This document shows positions 28,746-41,461 of a DNA stretch of 64,000 nt, piece after piece. The position numbers were made by a program, and so were the translations under genes. The stretch lies in assembly GCA_030141605.1 (NCBI GenBank), contig JAQGDQ010000454.1:124001-188000 (forward strand), read 5' to 3'. The notes under the pieces are model-generated. The model made no database searches. It saw nothing but the letters and a program-made list of their open reading frames with translations, and was not told where the DNA came from. The stretch comes from Tubiluchus corallicola (lineage: Eukaryota > Animalia > Priapulida). Numbering within the stretch: position 1 is the first letter of the stretch; the number at the start of each line of letters is the position of its first letter.

Positions 28746-28896
28746 CAAAAGTTTTGAAATATGAGGGGAGAAGTTTGGCGGTTTGTGTTTATCAGAAGTT
28801 AAACCACAGTGAGCCCAGTTAATAAATGTCGAGTAGACCATCAAGAAGACTAGTTTCGATTGATATTCAATAAGAAATCTAACATATTTAGCTTAA

Positions 28897-29522
28897 TCAG
28901 TTATAATGATGTCCATTTGTTACAGGACGCTGCTTATATCGACGTGGAGTGTGAACACGTTGTTGATATTCCTTCACGTTTTGCTGGAATGGATATCTTA
29001 TAGCATTAAATGACGTCACTGGAGATTTGGGGATTTGCTTCTGCTGTTGTTGCTGCCGTTGTGGCTGTTGAGGCAGTTGTTGTTGCTGCAGTTTCTGGTT
29101 CTGGTTCACCACATATCTATGAGGATGTGGACTATAAACACGCCCTGGATATTCCTGGACGGAAGGATGTTTCAAAACGTTCTGCGTCAAAGGAACCTGT
29201 GTCTTTTGTCGCTGACCATGCTGTTGAGATTGCAGTTGCCTGAGTTGTTCGAATTGATTAAACGCATTTCTGATCAGTGGTTGTTGCTGAACTGGGAAAT
29301 GTTCCCTGATGATATCGGGAATAATTCCCTCTCGGTCATCAATGTCCAGCTCCCCATGCAGGTAGCGCTTCAACACGTCCTCCGGGTCGTGGATAATGGT
29401 GCGATGACCACCAAATGGACGTAAACGATGGGGTCCGTAAGCTCCGTGTGGTTCTTGGTATCCGTATTTCTTTTCATATTTGTTTGGCTTGACATGAACT
29501 ACGTAAAGACGCGATGAATCAC
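28897..29522 (-). CDS. Short-collagen gene copy 1, last coding exon (Y/H/P/Q-rich basic tail)
   Basis: atgtag| acceptor; (G)DSSRLYVVHVKPNKYEKKYGY...DVLKRYLHGELDIDDREGIIPD...QQQ...HYN*. In phase with the collagen exon; homologous to 49775-50334. Confidence 0.85.
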
Positions 29523-29596
29523 CTACATCGGAATAAACATAATACTTACTATTAATATTTTAACATAATTGCTATTAATCTTAATAATGTACATTA

Positions 29597-30292
29597 CCGT
29601 AAGTGCTCGTTTATCGACGTTTCGTTTGAATGACGCCGATCTATTGACGCCTTTTTTCACTTGTAGATGCACATTTCTCTTTAACGACGATTTTTTTTTA
29701 CTTTGCTCAAGGCAAATTTTTATTTGATTGACAAAATGTTTAGCTAATTTGATGCATTAAAACAGCATCTATTGCGTTAATCTGTTCTAAAAACGCACTA
29801 GTAATGTAAACAATGTAATTATTATATATGTTTTTGCTTTCCGAATGACGCTACTAATTGTGCTACTAGCAGTTTGTATCAGCTGTCAGCTCGCCAGTGA
29901 GCAATTCTGCTTGCAACTTGGTCGCTGTAATTGTATGTAAGTAAAATTCCCAAGGCCGCCCCAGGACTTGGGTTTGACTCTGCAATGTTTATTGTTCAAC
30001 ACTTGACTACGGTTAAACGTTAATGAAAGAGAAGCTGCTATAGCTAAGTTTTGGTAAGTAAGATATATAGGTGGTTTCATGCAAACAGTAAGACGTTAAT
30101 CAGTAGAAATATGAATAAAACTCATAAAATGTTTAACTTATATAATTTAACCAGTGTTGATTTTTGTCTCTGTTACGTATTTCAAGATTTTTGCATTACT
30201 TTCTATGGAAGTCTTGGCTTCCTTTTAATGACGTTTCGCTGAACGTCACATTTTGTTGGAATGAATAAGCGTCGTTAAGCGATGACTTACTG
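29597..30292. mobile_element. Tc1/mariner-like MITE (TA-flanked, CAGTAAG...CTTACTG)
   Basis: Imperfect ~23-bp TIRs with TA flanks; partial copy ending near 16305. Confidence 0.6.
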
Positions 30293-31112
30293 TATTATTA
30301 TTGGTGGTACAGACCAACAATTAATTAAACTAGGTACAAATTAGAAATGCTGAACTGGTTGGCCAACTATAGGGGGTTAATTTTTGACTACCATGATCGC
30401 TAGGGACACATTAGTCTAGCGGTCATGTGGACTGCCCTGTAAACAGAAGGTTCCTGATTCGAACCAGACTAGTGGGCTTATCCCATAACATTTTTGCTGC
30501 AAATGTGCATAAAAATGAAATAAAAGAAAGGCAAAAGCAACGAAAGAAGTGAAATATAGAAAGAAGAAGTATGGGTAATGGACATTAAGTAGATGAAAAG
30601 AAAATGAGACACGAGAAGAAGGAAAAAGAAAACAGGAAAACGACTGAAAATGGAAGGGGAGAAGAGAAGGAGGGGGAAAAGAAAAGAAGAACCTGAGGAA
30701 AAGGAAGAAAATGTTTTGGGTGTATTACCAGCAAATGTTTGGAGAAGAAATGAAAAGATGCTGAAAAAATGAGAAAAGCGAATGAAAATGAAGAGGAGGA
30801 AAAGCAGAGAACTAAAAATAAAGGAAAGGAGAAAATGAAGTTAGAAGAGAAATTCGATCATGCTTCTTTTATTTTATGTTTTCAGTTAAGTGCCTTCAAA
30901 ATAGATCATAATTCGACACCCTTCAGCCTTTTAACTAGAACAACAAGAATACTAAAGATTATTAAATAGTCAGCCTGTTTGTTCTTTCCTTGCTTTTCTG
31001 TGTTTCTTTCCTTCTTCCTTTCTTTCCTTTCTTTTCTTTCTTTGTTATTCAAAGTTAATTTTATGAAAATTGCGAACACTTAGAATGTACTATAAGTCTC
31101 TATAAGAGTAAC

Positions 31113-31283
31113 CTGGCCATCCTGGTTGGCCCGGATGTCCTGGCAGGCCCAATAAACCTGGATGCCCTCGTGGCCCTGGAGGGCCTGAGTTTCCTGATGG
31201 TCCAGATGCACCAGATGGACCAGGAGGTCCTGAAGGACCTGGTGGTCCTGACGTTCCTGTAGGGCCCGGTGGGCCTGAAGGAC
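31113..31283 (-). CDS. Short-collagen gene copy 1, collagen exon (CPS plus 18 Gly-X-Y)
   Basis: tttcag|...G|gttact; 171 nt, phase 1-1; [12 protein letters not shown]...[10 protein letters not shown]. Confidence 0.9.
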
Positions 31284-33903
31284 CTGAAAAAACAGTAACA
31301 GGCATAGGTTATCTCTGCAGTAGTCATTTCATTATAACAACATTTCTTAAAAATTGTTCTTTTTACGACTATTTTAAACACTGTAGCAATGCCATACACT
31401 GTACAGCCATTTTTGGTCTCTGCAATAATGTAATTTTCACAAAGTTCTGTGATATTTGCCATCAAATCGTTGTAACGTATACGAGCTTGCAAAGCAAAAT
31501 CGTCCATAAGTCGGCAGTTAAGATTTTCTAGTTATTCACATGTCCATTTCATGATGATCATTTTGATACCACGCCCATTGCTCTATGTTATTTCTAAGCT
31601 GAGATAATCCACGTTGAAGTTCAGGTACATGCTACGCACTGGAAAACATAATCTCGAGGAAATCACTTTTATAGTTAGTTATTGTTTTTTGTCGTGTTTC
31701 TGCAGGACACTTAGCAACCGCACAAATGTTGGTTGCTACCGACTTTGCAAGGGCACATTAAAATTATGTTTAAATCCAGTAGATGGCTCTTTCTGATGAA
31801 GATCTGGGTTTGGCAACAGAAGAAACCTGAAGTAAAATAACTGCTTCCACGAGTTACTATCAGAGTTCGAAAATACAAGTTTTTTACAATTGCAGTACTA
31901 GTTTCTAGGCAGAAAAGTGGGTAGGGGGTTATAAAATTACACTTTTTGTATTTTTGAACATTTTCTTGATAATTTGATGCTAGAATATAAAAGTTCAATA
32001 TGTATAGTGTTGTTTTTATAAAATACGAAAAATTGAAATTTGACCAAATTTTTGGTGCTTTCTACTTTGAAGCATCATAACGTAGTTTTAACTATGCCGA
32101 CTTATGAACGGCTTTGGTTTGCAAGAACACGTAGCTAAACTTTATTTATTTTAAGTTGATTTACAACATACCAGAACTGATTACAGTATTTCCACTATGT
32201 GCAATACATAAAAAATGTAGTACATTTTAGTTAAAGTATATAAAAGTGAGCGTACAATTAGTTCAAGTATAATTAAACAAATATTTAATTCAGTGGTACG
32301 TCAACCAATGCTGGTGATTCAAAAATATTAGTTCTTCACTCATTGATATTTAATTAACATATACAATTTAACATATGATAATTTAATGCTAGAATATAAA
32401 TGTCTAATATATTTAGCGTTTGGTGTATTGACATTTGGGTGTATTCACTTAGAAGCATCATAACGTAGTTTTAAGCATGCCAACTTATGGACGGTTTTGA
32501 TTTGCAAGCACACATATTCTACACACAGGTTTAATAAAGAGGTGTTTTAATAGCTTGTTTGATGCCAGCAGTCCATATTAACTAAAGTAACAAAAGTTTA
32601 TGTGCTATTTTTTAGCTAATCGCTTGCGAAGTAACTCTACAAAGTGGTCAGTTTTGCCGTGATTTTGATGTTGTTTCCGTTCTCGTTGTTCTTAGTGTAA
32701 CAGATTTTTATCAGTATTCAGTATGGTGAGGTCACAGGCAATTAAGCAGAGTGTGTGACCCAATATTTTGTATTTTGAATTATTCTTCCGTGTCTGCAAT
32801 ATCTGCTATGACGTCACTTATAGCCACGTTTCTGACGTTAAAGTTATTTCTTTACAGAATAGTTGGCCCTAAACTTCGAAGAAGAATTCTTGTACGTTGC
32901 CTCCAGCATAATATGAAGTATACAGGTGTCAGGGTATAATCCAAGTCCAAATGTTAAAGCCAAACGTCTCTGAAGTAGGTTACAAAAATGGCTAAAAAAT
33001 TACATTATTTTGCAGCATTTTTATGCATCTATCGTGCTCGCGTTGATAGGAATTTTGTTTGTTTACATTTTAAATCTGCCGCAATACTGTGTTCCGACCG
33101 CGCCATTACGTGACGTCACCTAGGCACAACGTAAATCAGGGATAGAAAAGGAAATGTCAAATTATGTCCCAAAAAACTTTCCATGCAAATCTGTAACACT
33201 TGAAGTAAATATGTAACCTGAAAAGAAAATTATTAATTATTTAAATTGTTCTCACCAGTTGGTAAAATGTCGCTGACTCACCTCCAAGGTGCACCACTCA
33301 CTAACCAAAAACGTATTTTTAAATTTATTGACAAGATGCAGTAATTTAAAATTTTATTTAGTTAGTGACGTGTGCGCTACGAATGCTCTGATTATTTTTC
33401 ATACTTTGCTCAGTGTCATCTAAACTTGTTTCAAATGACTTATTGTCAAAATGGCTGCGCCTAACGCCCAAGGCGGGAGTTTAAATTCACAAGTTTTATA
33501 TAGAGTTACTGCCGACGCAAGCCCTGCATGCAAAAGAGCTTTGTATAATTGGAGAGCTTTCTTGTGCATTAAAACATTTCATTCGTTGGACTAAAATTGG
33601 ACCATAACTTTCCTGTTTGTTTGTTAGGTAATTGACATGTGAAAACGTAAAAACAGAAATGGCTTTTAATGAGTCCCAAGTGACGCAGAACGAAATATTA
33701 AAGTGCAGCATTTAACAATGACTGTTTCCGCATAGTTTCAGAGATGGCATAGCAGTTCTCTGCCACTCTGGCGCTTAAAGTCTCTGTCGTGTCAATGTTG
33801 CTGTCTTTAAAATAAGCTTATAAGATACAGTCGTTTTGAGCCAGACAAAAATACGAGTAAAATTTAATTCATTTTAGTGGAAACATTAATCTGTCCTACT
33901 TAC

Positions 33904-34702
33904 AAATGACATCACATTCTTCCTCCTCTTCTTCGTCTTCGTCTTCTTCGTCGTCGTCTTCCTCTTCCTCGTCATCGTCCTCTTCTTCTCCATCATCGTC
34001 TTCTTCTTCTCCTTCTTCCTCTTCATCATCGTCCTCTTCTTCTCCATCGTCGTCTTCTTCTCCTTCTTCCTCTTCATCATCGTCCTCTTCTTCTCCATCG
34101 TCGTCTTCTCCTTCTTCCTCTTGGTCATCATCCTCTTCTTCTCCATCGCCGTCTTCTCCTTCTCCATCCCCATCATCGTCCTCTACTTCTCCTTCTTCCT
34201 CTTCTCCTTCTCCATCCCCGTCATCGTCCTCTTCTTCTCCATCGTCGTCTTCTCCTTCTCCATCCCCGTCATCGTCCTCTTCTTCTCCATCGTCGTCTTC
34301 TCCTTCTCCATCCCCGTCATCGTCCTCTTCTTCTCCATCGTCGTCTTCTCCTTCTCCATCCCCATCCCCGGCATCGTCCTCTTCTTCTCCATCGTCGTCT
34401 TCTCCTTCTCCATCCCCGTCATCGTCCTCTTCTTCTCCATCGTCGTCTTCTCCTTCTCCATCCCCGTCATCGTCCTCTTCTTCTCCATCGTCGTCTTCTC
34501 CTTCTCCATCCCCGTCATCGTCCTCTTCTTCTCCATCCCCATCTTCTCCTTCTTCGTCTTCCTCTTCCTCATCATCATTGCCATCACCATTATCATCGTC
34601 ACATTTAACTAGTTGCACGGAGAGCAAGAAAAAGAGGAAGCCAGCTTTTATTACTAATTCTCGGATTTTTGTCTTCTTCCTGATACATTTCCAACCGCTC
34701 AT
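33904..34702 (-). CDS. Short-collagen gene copy 1, first coding exon: signal peptide plus ~225-aa Asp/Glu/Gly repeat domain
   Basis: Acceptor ttccag| at 34707, AAAATG start, hydrophobic AGFLFFLLSVQLVKC, then (DDDGDGEGEDDDGEEE)n and donor T|gtaagt. Spliced CDS is 799+171+626 = 1596 nt, 531 aa, in frame. Confidence 0.85.
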
Positions 34703-35536
34703 TTTGACTGGAAAAAAGAATATTACACATTTGTAATAAACCTATTCGTTGTGCGCACGCACAGTTGCTGTAGCTCAAAGGTTAAGTGTACCACAGCAAC
34801 GCGTCTTAACTACAACCGTCACGTGACATGAATTTAGAATTGAGAATTTATTATCGGCAATACTACAACTACCGATGGCAATACATACAACAAAACAACA
34901 AAAAAATACAAAAGTACATAACAGATCTATGACATTATAGATGACATGTGTGTAAAGCAAAGCCGTCCGCCGCATCATTTCAGTAATTTCACTTCTTTTA
35001 CGTGGACTTTACTTAATTATGCATTAGTTTGTGTAGAGACTGATTTACTATAACAAGATCTTGCTTGGGAACAAGAAAAAATGAGTTAAGTGTACTGAAA
35101 CAACACGTCTTAACTACAACTGTTATGTGACGTGTGTGTAAAGCAAAGCCATCTGAGGCAGTAACTTCAGTTGTTTTACATGGACTTACTTAGCTATACA
35201 TTAGTCTGTGTGTAGAGTGATTTACTAGCAGGATCTTGCTTACGAACGCGAAAAAATCAACTAGCTAAGTTTCTAGCTAGCTGCTAAAACTGTTACTATA
35301 CAATAGCATGGGCTACGAGGCGTTGTCAGGTGTGCGCAAATGCGTTGTCTGGTACACTTAACCTTTAACTTTTCACGATCGCCAATCGCTGGAATTGTGA
35401 AAAGGGTTATTGGTGTCAACGAATAGTGGTTCAAATTGATTTTCCGTTCTAAGCAAAACTTTATTTCTCTAAATGTAGTTTGGTAATATATATAAGATTT
35501 TCTCTCTCTCTCTCTGTCAGTTTCTCTATCGCTCTC

Positions 35537-35572
<36 letters not shown>

Positions 35573-35745
35573 TCCTCTCTCTTTGTATAAACAATGTATT
35601 AATTTTATTATTTAATAAAAAGACTTCTAATAATAATAATCTATACTACCTCTCTCCCTCTCTCTCGTTCTCCCCTCTCTTTCACTTTCTCTGTCTCTCT
35701 TTATCCCTTTCACTTTTTAAACAACAAATAAATAAATAAACTTAC

Positions 35746-35960
35746 CGTTTTGTTGAGCTTTTAGGCCACGTTGGTGATCGTGCTGCTGCTTCACGCCATC
35801 AGAACAGTAACTAATTTACGAACATTACTGTGCGCCTTTTACACGACACGCTACGTGGCCAAGATTCAATGATAGCGGCTGACTTCTTTAAACAGAGATA
35901 ATTACGCAAAGATTTATCAGCAAAATCTGTTTTTTCACAAAATAATGACAGAGTTACCTC
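35746..35960 (-). promoter_or_regulatory. Copy 1 non-coding exon 1 (about 35812-35746) and core promoter
   Basis: Donor AAACG|gtaag at 35746. TATA-like TGTAAAAG (35843-35836) lies ~31 nt before Inr-like TTAGTT (35814-35809). The block is conserved with 54473-54720. Confidence 0.6.
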
Positions 35961-37946
35961 TCTCATGTTATGCACTACTGGAGCTCAACAGGGCGGCGCA
36001 TTGGTACCTCAGCAGAAAGCCAAGTGCTTGCAAACTAAAACCGTCCATAAGTCTGCATAGTTAAAACTACGTGATGATGCTTCAAAGTAGAATGGTCCAA
36101 AAATTTGGTCAAATGTCAATTTTTTGTTTTTTTATAAAAACAAACTCTAAATATATTGAACTTTTATATTCTAGCATCAAATCAAGAGGAAAATGTCAAA
36201 AAATACTAAAAACCAAATTTTATAACCCCGTACCCATTTTTCTGCCTACAAACTAGTATTGAAATTGTAAAAAAAACTTATATTTTCAATCTCCGATAGT
36301 AGTTCCTGGAAGCTTTCATTTTGCCTCGGGGTTTTTTCTGCTGAACGTCGTAGCCCTGATCTTCATCAGTAAGAGACATCTACTGGTTTTAAACGTAACT
36401 TCAATGTGTTCTAGCAAAGTACATAGCAACCAATATTTGTGCTGTTGCTAAATGTTTTGTAAAGACACGACAAAAAACAATGGCTAACCTTAACAGCCTT
36501 AACATTAATTTTCTCAAGACTATGTTTTTCAGTGCGCAGCCTTCACTTCAAAGTGGGTTATCTCAGCTTAGAAATGACATAGAGCGATGAACTTGGTATC
36601 AAAATGATCCTCATGAAATGGATATTCGGAATATATGAATAACTAGAAAAGCTTAGCTGACTTATGGACGATTTTGCTCTACAAGCACGCATAAAAGCAA
36701 GCAGAAGTGTTCATTCATTTTTTTAAACACACTGAGCAAAATTGGAGGCGACATACATAGATAAAAGATATAGGAAATGCTACGCGTCTTGTAGCTGCAA
36801 AGCAAAGATAAGATTTCTACTAAACGGGTTATGGAATTACAGTTGCTCAAGCTTATATAGCAATAACGTTACTCTTGTAAAGCAATGTGTGAATTTGCAG
36901 TTTGTGGACGTTCACTTGTACTCCAATGACGTCATAATGCCACAGGTTAGCAAAATGGCCCAGTTTGTCCACCATGATTAAAAAAACTAGTGTCATTGTT
37001 ACTGTTATTGTTTTTTCATCATCTTGTTGTTGTTGTTGTTGTTGTCGTTGCTGTTGCTGTTACTGCCGTTGCCGTTACCCTCTTCGTTGTCCCTTTTCTT
37101 GCTGTTGCCAATGCCATTTATTATTATTATTATTAATACTAAAACGAACTTAATTTAACGCAAGACAGAAAATTGTCGTGTGATGTTTATGTCCAACATT
37201 TGCATAAATAACATATTCATATGGATAATAGTGGATATTTCGTTAGTAATTTAAAGATGTTGGCTGTTTTTGTTTAAGTAGGCAAATAATTTATCTACTT
37301 GAGAAAAACCTACCGCTTCCTCGTGAAAAATTCTTCATTTACTGAATAAAACGGCATAAAACACTTAATAAATTCACAGAAAACGCACAAAACCAAAAAA
37401 TAATCTTGACACAAAAATGTGATCATTACAAAGCTTAAGAACCCCTCTTAAAAAATCCATTGGCTGTTTTTACCAGCAAAAACTCATTGTAACAAAATTA
37501 ATGAACATTGTGTAAAAGGTGAAATTTCTCAATGGCCAGTAAATTAATCAGGCAAAGCAATGAAACTTGTAATTGCACTACTTTCAGTCGCATTCAGATA
37601 TATTTTTAAGATTTATCACATTTAAGCCAATTTTATTAGATGCACATAAAAATATTTATAGTTAAAAACAACACAACTTTATTAAAAACAATTACCTTAA
37701 AAAGTTAAAATCATGCCAAACGTTTCAACTAGCTGCTGCTGCCATCATACTGATGATATCAGTAGCAGCTAGTCGAAACGTTTGGCAGGATTTTAACTTT
37801 TTAATGTAAAAGTCTTTAATAAAGTTGCGTTGTTTTTAATTATTTCTATTTATCTTGTTTCTATAATCTTGTGATACCTGGCGCTGTACATGCCTTGACA
37901 GTATGTATATTTGAAACGATTGTTAGTAAGACGATGTAGGCCTACT

Positions 37947-38361
37947 CAGGGGCGTGTCAACACTTTACGACACCCTAGGTTGATAGTTCTGTCCCGCCCA
38001 TCTCTATTATGAATTCATGGTTGTTAACGTAATGAGGAGATTAAGCAATTACTTTTGGTGTGTTAGAAACACTATTAACCTAGTTTCTACATGGTCTTTA
38101 TTAATTACATCTATTTATATTCAAGCAGGCTGCGCAACTGCTTGTTGTGTAATACCTTGCACCTATTGATTATGTGGCACTTATATAAAGCTGCTTTCAC
38201 TAACTGCCTGTGATGTGTTATAAAATGCGCCATTTACATGAACGTGAAAGTAAACACATTTTCCGAGGAGAACAAGATTTTTTCCAGAACGTGACGCCCC
38301 TCAAACTCTGGCGCCCTAGGCTATAGCCTAGTTAGTTAGCCTATGGGTTAATACTCCCCTG
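37947..38361. mobile_element. hAT-type MITE family C (CAGGGG TIR); other copies at 11478-12423, 18487-18902, 24322-24770
   Basis: 8-bp TSD GGCCTACT here and AGTTTTGC at the 11478 copy. Confidence 0.85.
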
Positions 38362-39629
38362 GGCCTACTTGCATAGAAATTTATTTTTTGCTTCGAGAAT
38401 TCTTTTCAGGTTCTATAGATTTTTATTTCTGAATGGTTAGACTGAGATTTGCTCAGAAATTTTTATCTAACCACTGAACCTCAAAATTCAGTCAGTGTAG
38501 CTAGAAAAAATTGTGAATTAAACTTTATTTAAATTGAATTTATTTAATTTAGTTTTGCCTGCAAGATGTACATTTCATTCCTACCTGTAAAAGAAACCAC
38601 AAACACAATTTGACAAAATTTAATGATGATTATATTGCACTAGAACATGTGTTAAGGTTTAAACAAAGATTACAAGTCAGTTTGACTTCACACTGGTATA
38701 CAACGTAAATATGTATTTTAGCTGTAAACAAATCACATTTGAACAAAAATTAAACTATTAATCAAGATCTGAGAGCCATTTCCGACACTTGTAAACCAAA
38801 TACGGATAATTCTAGAAAAAAAATAAGTTGATTTTTTGTGCATCTGTACAGAAACTTCTAGTACTGTCACATTCTCCTTCATGCACTGTTCATCCTCAGT
38901 GGTGGATCGTAGTTAAAATCAGGGGGATGCTGCTTCAGAAAAATTTTAGCCATTTTTTTTAATTCTGCGTAACACGAAACCAACATAATAATTATTATGT
39001 AATTTTAATTTTAAACAAATAAACATGCGAAATTTTATACATAAACTTGATAAAATCCTAAACAACAAGTATTTTTGCTTTTACTGTCGGAGTGTAAGCT
39101 TGATCCATTAACAGTAAGCACGTGACAACTGACAACAAACTGTGTGAGCGACAGTATTTTTTCTATCTGGGCTCAGACGTGTACCGCATGCGCACAACAA
39201 CCAAACACCACTTTGCTAGAGCTCACTGTTCTAGGCTGTGAAGCAAACAGTACTACCCTCACGTGCTCTGGTTCCGTACGTGTATAAAGAAAGAACTAAA
39301 GAAGAGAGACTTATTATGTAGAATATTATTGATAATATCGAGTGAAAATAGGGGGTGCTGCAGTTCAACAGTACAAATACACGAGCCGCCACTGTTGAAA
39401 TTTAAAAACAATTTGTCGTACAAGAAACATGTCTAATTGCAGGAAGTGAAAAGAGGTTGGTCGAATGTAGTACGTAAGGAATTTTTGAATACTGAAATCT
39501 TAAATATTGAAATTTTAAAATAGAATTATTTGCTATGAAAACAATCAGGTTTTCCTTGAAAATGTATAATTCGTTTGCCCTGCGAAAGCAATAGACACCC
39601 CCCCCCACCGCCGCTTCCTAAACCTGCAT

Positions 39630-40655
39630 TCATCCTTGTCTACGACAGATAAGGGCTTTCATTGCACGCCGAAACGTTCCTAATTTTCCGGAGTACACAA
39701 ACACATTTACGAACGAGTTACACATGCCTAGTAGCAAAGTAAAATTTAACAATTGAGGTTTTACTGTAATGAAACACAACTTGTGATACATGCAAAGATA
39801 ATGCAGCGGAAAGAGTACTATAAAGGGGCACCAAAACGCTAAGTAAAGGATAATTGTCATGCCTAGCGCTTTCGCTATCTTCAACTTTTGTTTTAATTCC
39901 TCGCCACGTGGCGCGCTTTGGTTTACGCTGTTCAAAGCAGAAATTGATTTTTGCTGTCTCACTGCGACAAGTCCTATACGAGAGTAACAAAATACCAGCA
40001 AAGGAATAAAAATTGCCTCCCATCCCGTGTTTGAAACAAAAATATACGTGCCATAATAGCTGGAAAAATGTACGCAAGATAATCCTGTGTAGTCGCTAAG
40101 ATAATACGAAATTGCACCTATTACTGTGGCGAGAATTGTAAGGGCCCATGCTAAAACAATAGCAACTTTGCCAGTTTTTGGCGTGACCCATCTAGGATAG
40201 TCCAGCGGGTAAACAATGGCTATATACCTTTCAACCGTTAATGCCATGTACATTATTTCGGAGCCATAAATGTTAAACACCATTAGACTAATGACGCATG
40301 TGCAGAAAACAATCTTGCATCGAAGACCAGCCAGAAGTCCCACGAAGAGAATGACCAATCCAATGCCCGTTGACGAATCTGCGACACCCAGATTTGCAAT
40401 GAAATGGAAGGGCAGTTCGTGGAGTGAAGGCGTGTAGATGATTGTTATAAGTATTACAAAGTTACCAGTTACAATTCCGGTACCGAGTAATAGACCGACA
40501 AAGTTGATTAACAAATGAGCTAGATCATGTTCTAAAACACTTTTGCAGCTCGTGTGGATCCCATTGTTATCAGGAGAATATGAAAAGTCCAGCTCTGGGT
40601 TTATTGAGGAGTTTTCACGTTCTGTAAGTTCCAAGAAATTATTCAGTTGATCCAT
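39630..40655 (-). CDS. Intronless rhodopsin-family (class A) GPCR, 341 aa, orphan
   Basis: Seven hydrophobic segments; GN (TM1), NLGVAD (TM2), ERY (TM3), W (TM4), FWCPF (TM6), NSFVNVFVY (TM7), helix 8 FRRAMK. Confidence 0.92.
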   Translation of the reverse strand: MDQLNNFLELTERENSSINPELDFSYSPDNNGIHTSCKSVLEHDLAHLLINFVGLLLGTGIVTGNFVILITIIYTPSLHELPFHFIANLGVADSSTGIGLVILFVGLLAGLRCKIVFCTCVISLMVFNIYGSEIMYMALTVERYIAIVYPLDYPRWVTPKTGKVAIVLAWALTILATVIGAISYYLSDYTGLSCVHFSSYYGTYIFVSNTGWEAIFIPLLVFCYSRIGLVAVRQQKSISALNSVNQSAPRGEELKQKLKIAKALGMTIILYLAFWCPFIVLFPLHYLCMYHKLCFITVKPQLLNFTLLLGMCNSFVNVFVYSGKLGTFRRAMKALICRRQG

Positions 40656-40782
40656 TTTTCGCGACGTCCTGTCAGTGCTCGTTTATTTTTATTTTAATCT
40701 GAAAATAATTTATTTCGTAACTTCAGTAATAATACAGTTGCTGGAGAGAACAAAAGAGAGGCGAAGAGGTAGAAAACAGAAG

Positions 40783-40832
<50 letters not shown>

Positions 40833-41461
40833 AGACGAGAGAGATGGGAGGGAAAGAGAGACAGAGAAAAAGAGAGAGCGAAAGGCACAGAGAGGAGAAG
40901 GGAGGGAGGGAGGAAGAAAGAGAAACAGAGAGAGAGAGTGAGCAGCGAAACAGAGAGAGCGAGAGTTTTTTCTCGAATGACCGTACCCACACCTATCACA
41001 CAAAAAAGAACTTCAGATCTTTTGAGAAAACAGGACTCAGGGTAAACTCCAAAGTCTAAATAAGAAATGTAATTATTTAATACATTAAAATACTTTGAAA
41101 ATATTTAAAATATTTAATATATAAAAAATGTTTGAAAATCAAAAAATAAAATTAATTAACTTGATTAAGAAATACAATAATTTTGATATAATGTTATAAC
41201 TTACATTTTTATTGCCCAGCAAAAATTGCTCTATCTTTTGTAAAAATATTTGCTAAAAGATTTTTGAAATTCAGAAAAGTATGATTATAACAAAATGAGT
41301 TATTGAGAGTGAAAATGTCTCAACAGTTTATTGATAGAAACCGCGAGCAACGTCTTATATAAACATTTGTCTGTCTTTGCGTGCGCAGCAACATGAGACC
41401 CAAAATGTTTCTTTTCACATGTTAAGTTTTCTTATTCTGTTTAACGCTTGTGGCTGATTGT

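Noticed and set aside
33906-34736. Ser/Pro-rich plus-strand ORF and other frames over the acidic exon
   Set aside because: Shadow frames of the repeat. Only the minus D/E frame has a signal peptide, splice sites and a paralog.
40675-41059. ER/SL-repeat ORFs (also 54072-54467)
   Set aside because: (GA)n/(CT)n microsatellite translations.
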